From positions 1-26,480 of the forward strand of contig CAVQGX010000069.1 in assembly GCA_963712115.1 (NCBI GenBank): a DNA stretch of 26,480 nucleotides, given 5' to 3'. Numbering within the stretch: position 1 is the first letter of the stretch; each line of letters begins with the position of its first letter. The notes under the pieces were generated by a model. The model was not told the DNA's origin. It was given only the letters and a program-made list of their open reading frames with translations, and did not search any database. The translations under genes were made by a program, and so were the position numbers. Positions 23,229-26,480 of this stretch are shown piece by piece. This DNA is from an uncultured delta proteobacterium. Lineage in GTDB: Bacteria > Desulfobacterota > Syntrophobacteria > BM002.

Positions 23229-25031
23229 ATGACAAATGAACGGAAAAAATACCTCTGGCTCTCCCTAACTCCTTGGGCAATCTTGGCTGCCCTGGCAGTG
23301 TTGGCACCGATTGTTTTCTTTCTAGCCAACAAAAACATCAGGGAGGACAAGGAGAACATGACCCGCCTTATGGTTGAGAAGGGTGCTGCCCTCATCCGCT
23401 CTTTTGAAGCTGGTGCACGCACTGGGATGATGGGAATGGGTTGGGGCGGTGCGCAACTCCAGCAGTTGCTTGTTGAAACTGCCAAACAGCCAGACATCCT
23501 TTATCTAGTGGTAACCGACAAAGACGGATTCGCAGTTGCCGACAGTGAGCCTGATCGGATTGGAAAGAAACATGAGCCAGCATCGGAAGTGGTTCTTGGA
23601 GAGGAATCGGATAAGCTCACGTGGCATCAAGTCAAAACTGAGAAAAATACTCTAGCCTTTGAGGTTTACAAGCGTTTCAAGCCTATTAAAGGTATACCTA
23701 GTTGGGGTGGCATGCACCACCATGGCATGATGATGAGGGGATCAGGATTCGGTAGAGGGCGGAGTGAAAGGTCTTTGGAAAGACTCCTGGATGAAGAAAA
23801 TGGTCCACCCCTCTATATCTTTGTTGGTCTGGATATGAGTGCCATGGAATCGGCCAGGGTGGAGGCCAGACGTCATACCATTGCCATGGCCTTGGGTGCC
23901 TTCCTCATAGGTCTGGCGGTTTTAGCTTCCCTGTTCCTCGCTCAAGGTTACAAGCTGGCCAGTCGCGCCCTCGCCAAGGTGAGAGCTTTTTCTGATCAGG
24001 TCGTTGAAAATCTTCCTATGGGCCTTATTGCTACAGATGAATACGGCAAGGTAGCCGCCTATAACCAAACGGCAGAGGCAATTTTGGGAATTCCAAGTGA
24101 TACGGTATTTGCCGAGTCAGCAGCAAAAGTCTTGCCGCAGGAGCTATGGGAACTAACCGAGCGCTTGGGAAACAGTGGAACTGTAGTGGAGGAGGAGGTG
24201 GAGTGTCAGACCGCCTCCTCCACCGGAGTCCCGCTTAAGATTAGCGGTGCTGTTCTCCATGGTGATGATGAAGGCTTTCTCGGCTATGTCTTTATATTCC
24301 GTGATTTAGTTGAGGTCCGCCGCTTGCAGCAGGAGGTGGAAAGAACCAAGCGACTGGCCTCGCTGGGGAGCCTGGCCGCAGGGGTGGCCCATGAAATTAG
24401 GAACCCATTGAGCTCGGTCAAGGGGTTTGCCACCTATTTTCGGGAGAAACTCAAAGACAGTCCCCAGGACCGAGACACAGCCACCACCATGATTCAGGAA
24501 GTGGAAAGACTGGACCGCGTTATTGGACAACTACTGGAATTCGCCCGCCCCAGTACCCTCAAGATCAAACCGGTCCGAGTAACGGATTTGATCCGACACT
24601 CACTTAAACTTATCGAGGGAGACGCCCGCACCAAGGGAGTCGAGGTAAAAACTGATATACCTGCAAACCTTCCCCAGGCTCTCATGGATGCAGACAGAAT
24701 GAATCAGGTGTTGCTGAACCTGTACCTCAACGCCATTCAAGCAATGGATGGAGGAGGCGTTTTGCAGGTTACGGTTTCCAGGGATGATTCCAGAAAGCTT
24801 ACAACAATAACGGTTTCCGACAACGGCCGAGGAATAGAGGCGGCAGACCAGGAGCGCATATTTGACCCCTACTTTACTACCAAATCAGACGGTACCGGCC
24901 TCGGCCTTGCCATAGTGCACAAGATTTTAGACGCTCACGGCGGCTCTATAAAGGTTAGAAGCCAAAAAGGCGCAGGGACTACTGTAACCATGACTTTGCC
25001 GGACGGGGAGGAGGAGCGAGATCGTGGTTGA
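23229..25031 (+). CDS. zraS: Two-component sensor histidine kinase, ZraS-like, with PAS domain
   Basis: EKGAALIRSFEAGARTGMMG, two TM helices, PAS, LAAGVAHEIRNPLSSVKGFATYF, QVLLNLYLNAIQAM, YFTTKSDGTGLGLA. Confidence 0.88.
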   Translation: MTNERKKYLWLSLTPWAILAALAVLAPIVFFLANKNIREDKENMTRLMVEKGAALIRSFEAGARTGMMGMGWGGAQLQQLLVETAKQPDILYLVVTDKDGFAVADSEPDRIGKKHEPASEVVLGEESDKLTWHQVKTEKNTLAFEVYKRFKPIKGIPSWGGMHHHGMMMRGSGFGRGRSERSLERLLDEENGPPLYIFVGLDMSAMESARVEARRHTIAMALGAFLIGLAVLASLFLAQGYKLASRALAKVRAFSDQVVENLPMGLIATDEYGKVAAYNQTAEAILGIPSDTVFAESAAKVLPQELWELTERLGNSGTVVEEEVECQTASSTGVPLKISGAVLHGDDEGFLGYVFIFRDLVEVRRLQQEVERTKRLASLGSLAAGVAHEIRNPLSSVKGFATYFREKLKDSPQDRDTATTMIQEVERLDRVIGQLLEFARPSTLKIKPVRVTDLIRHSLKLIEGDARTKGVEVKTDIPANLPQALMDADRMNQVLLNLYLNAIQAMDGGGVLQVTVSRDDSRKLTTITVSDNGRGIEAADQERIFDPYFTTKSDGTGLGLAIVHKILDAHGGSIKVRSQKGAGTTVTMTLPDGEEERDRG

Positions 25032-26396
25032 ACTCAAGATTTCAGGCAACATATTGGTGGTGGACGACGATCGGGCCCATCGTACCATGCTTCGTACTCT
25101 CTTGGACGGATGGGGATTTTCTGTTGAAGAAGCCGATGACGGGGCTCGGGCCATTGAAAGAGTGCAGGAGAAATCATACGACCTGGTCTTGATGGATGTT
25201 CGCATGGTCGAACTATCTGGATTGGAGGCCTTACCTGAGATAAAAAAATTCAATCCAGCCATTCCTATAATTATCATGACTGCCTATTCCTCCGTGGACA
25301 CTGCGGTGGAAGCTCTAAAAAAGGGAGCTTACGACTATCTCGGCAAGCCTCTGGACTTCGACGAACTCAAGCTAGCCATTGAAAGGGCTATGGATCATAG
25401 CCGGCTGAAGGAAGAAAACCGTGCTCTCAAAGAACGGCTTGGGTCCGGCTTCAACACCGGCGATATCATAGGCCGCAGTCGGGTTATGTTGGAATTGCTG
25501 GAGACTGTTTCTCTTGTGGCACCCACAGAAGCAACAGTTTTGATAACTGGCGAGTCTGGCACAGGAAAGGAACTCATCGCCAGCGCAATCCATTTAAACA
25601 GTCCACGACGAGAAAAGCCATTCATTCAGGTCAACTGTGCTGCCATCACTGAGACCCTTTTAGAGTCCGAGCTCTTCGGCCATGAAAAGGGTGCATTTAC
25701 CGGCGCAGATCGACGCCGGGAAGGGAGATTCCGCCTGGCTCACGGTGGGAGTATCTTTTTGGACGAAGTCAGCGAGATGTCAGTAGCAATGCAAGCCAAA
25801 TTGTTGCGAGTTTTGCAGGAAAAAGAGATCCAAAGAGTTGGTGGTGAGGAGGTCCTAAAGGTAGATGTCCGGGTAATGGCAGCTACAAACAAAGATTTGA
25901 AAAAAGAGATTGAGGCTGGAGGATTCAGGGAAGACCTCTATTACCGGTTGAACGTAGTTACTCTGGCTGTGCCTGCTCTCAAGGAAAGAAGAGAAGACAT
26001 CCCTCTTTTGGCCCAGCATTTTCTCGAGACCTTTGCTGAAAAGAACCGCAAGCATATCAAGGGCTTCACACCCCAGGCCATGGATCGGTTAGTGAGATAC
26101 AACTGGCCGGGAAATGTGCGTGAACTAATGAACGCGGTTGAGCGCGGCGTAATTCTTTGCCGGGGCGAATACATTGCAGAAAGGATTTCCCCCTCTCTGT
26201 CAGCGAGGCTGAGGTCCAAAAGTCGGAGTTGGTCAGAGAGGGATTACCAGCCGATTTGCCCTTGGAGGAAGTAGAGAAGGTAACCATTTTGAACACCCTC
26301 GAATCGGCGGGGGGCAACAAGAGTGAAGCCGCAAGGCGACTAGGAATCACCAGGCGCACCCTTCATAAGAAGTTGAAAAAATACGGAGTGATGTAA
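25024..26396 (+). CDS. zraR: sigma54-dependent response regulator, ZraR/NtrC family, with a 1-nt frameshift at ~26180-26182 (sequencing error or pseudogene)
   Basis: REC (ILVVDDD, LMDVRM, MTAYSSV) and AAA+ (GESGTGKE, GAFTGA). The Fis-HTH (GNKSEAARRLGITRRTL) is in another frame ending at 26396. Adding one A in GCAGAAAGGAT restores ...IAEKDFPL... and a 457-aa protein. Confidence 0.88.
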
Positions 26397-26480
26397 TCTC
26401 CCCTCCTACCTGGAAAAATTTCAATATCTAGTGCCAAATATAATCCTCGCGAAGTTTAGATTAAGGGATGTAATCTAAAG

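Noticed and set aside
26157-26396. Independent 79-aa HTH gene or programmed frameshift
   Set aside because: It is the zraR C-terminus; no X XXY YYZ slippery heptamer at the junction and no separate RBS.

Overview
Chromosomal window that looks like a Desulfobacterota (deltaproteobacterial) genome; this is inferred from gene content, sigma54 systems and a selenoprotein. The left half is almost all on the minus strand. It carries a chalcone-isomerase-like protein, a DsbA-family oxidoreductase split by an in-frame UGA at the catalytic position (UPYC, a likely selenoprotein), a putative outer-membrane protein, three related GAF-domain signalling proteins (GGDEF, PP2C/SpoIIE and sigma54 activator outputs), a Lar-zinc-finger/DUF4388 fusion and a hybrid histidine kinase. 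The middle holds thiL, thiE, thiM, a PilZ protein and a nitroreductase. The right part holds a Cys-rich leader ORF, a DUF2318 + MacB-type ABC + CcmH-like operon, and a zraP / zraS-zraR locus in which zraR has a 1-nt frameshift. The intergenic DNA is rich in small structured elements. The most striking is a ~184-nt rod-like palindromic element (4 full copies, 1 partial, 1 distant relative) with compensatory base changes; in 3 of 4 full copies its end coincides exactly with a gene's stop codon. There are also nested mini-hairpins and head-to-head heptamer and GTCAT/ATGAC arrays. No rRNA, tRNA, CRISPR array or transposase was seen. Family assignments come from motif recognition by eye, not from database searches.
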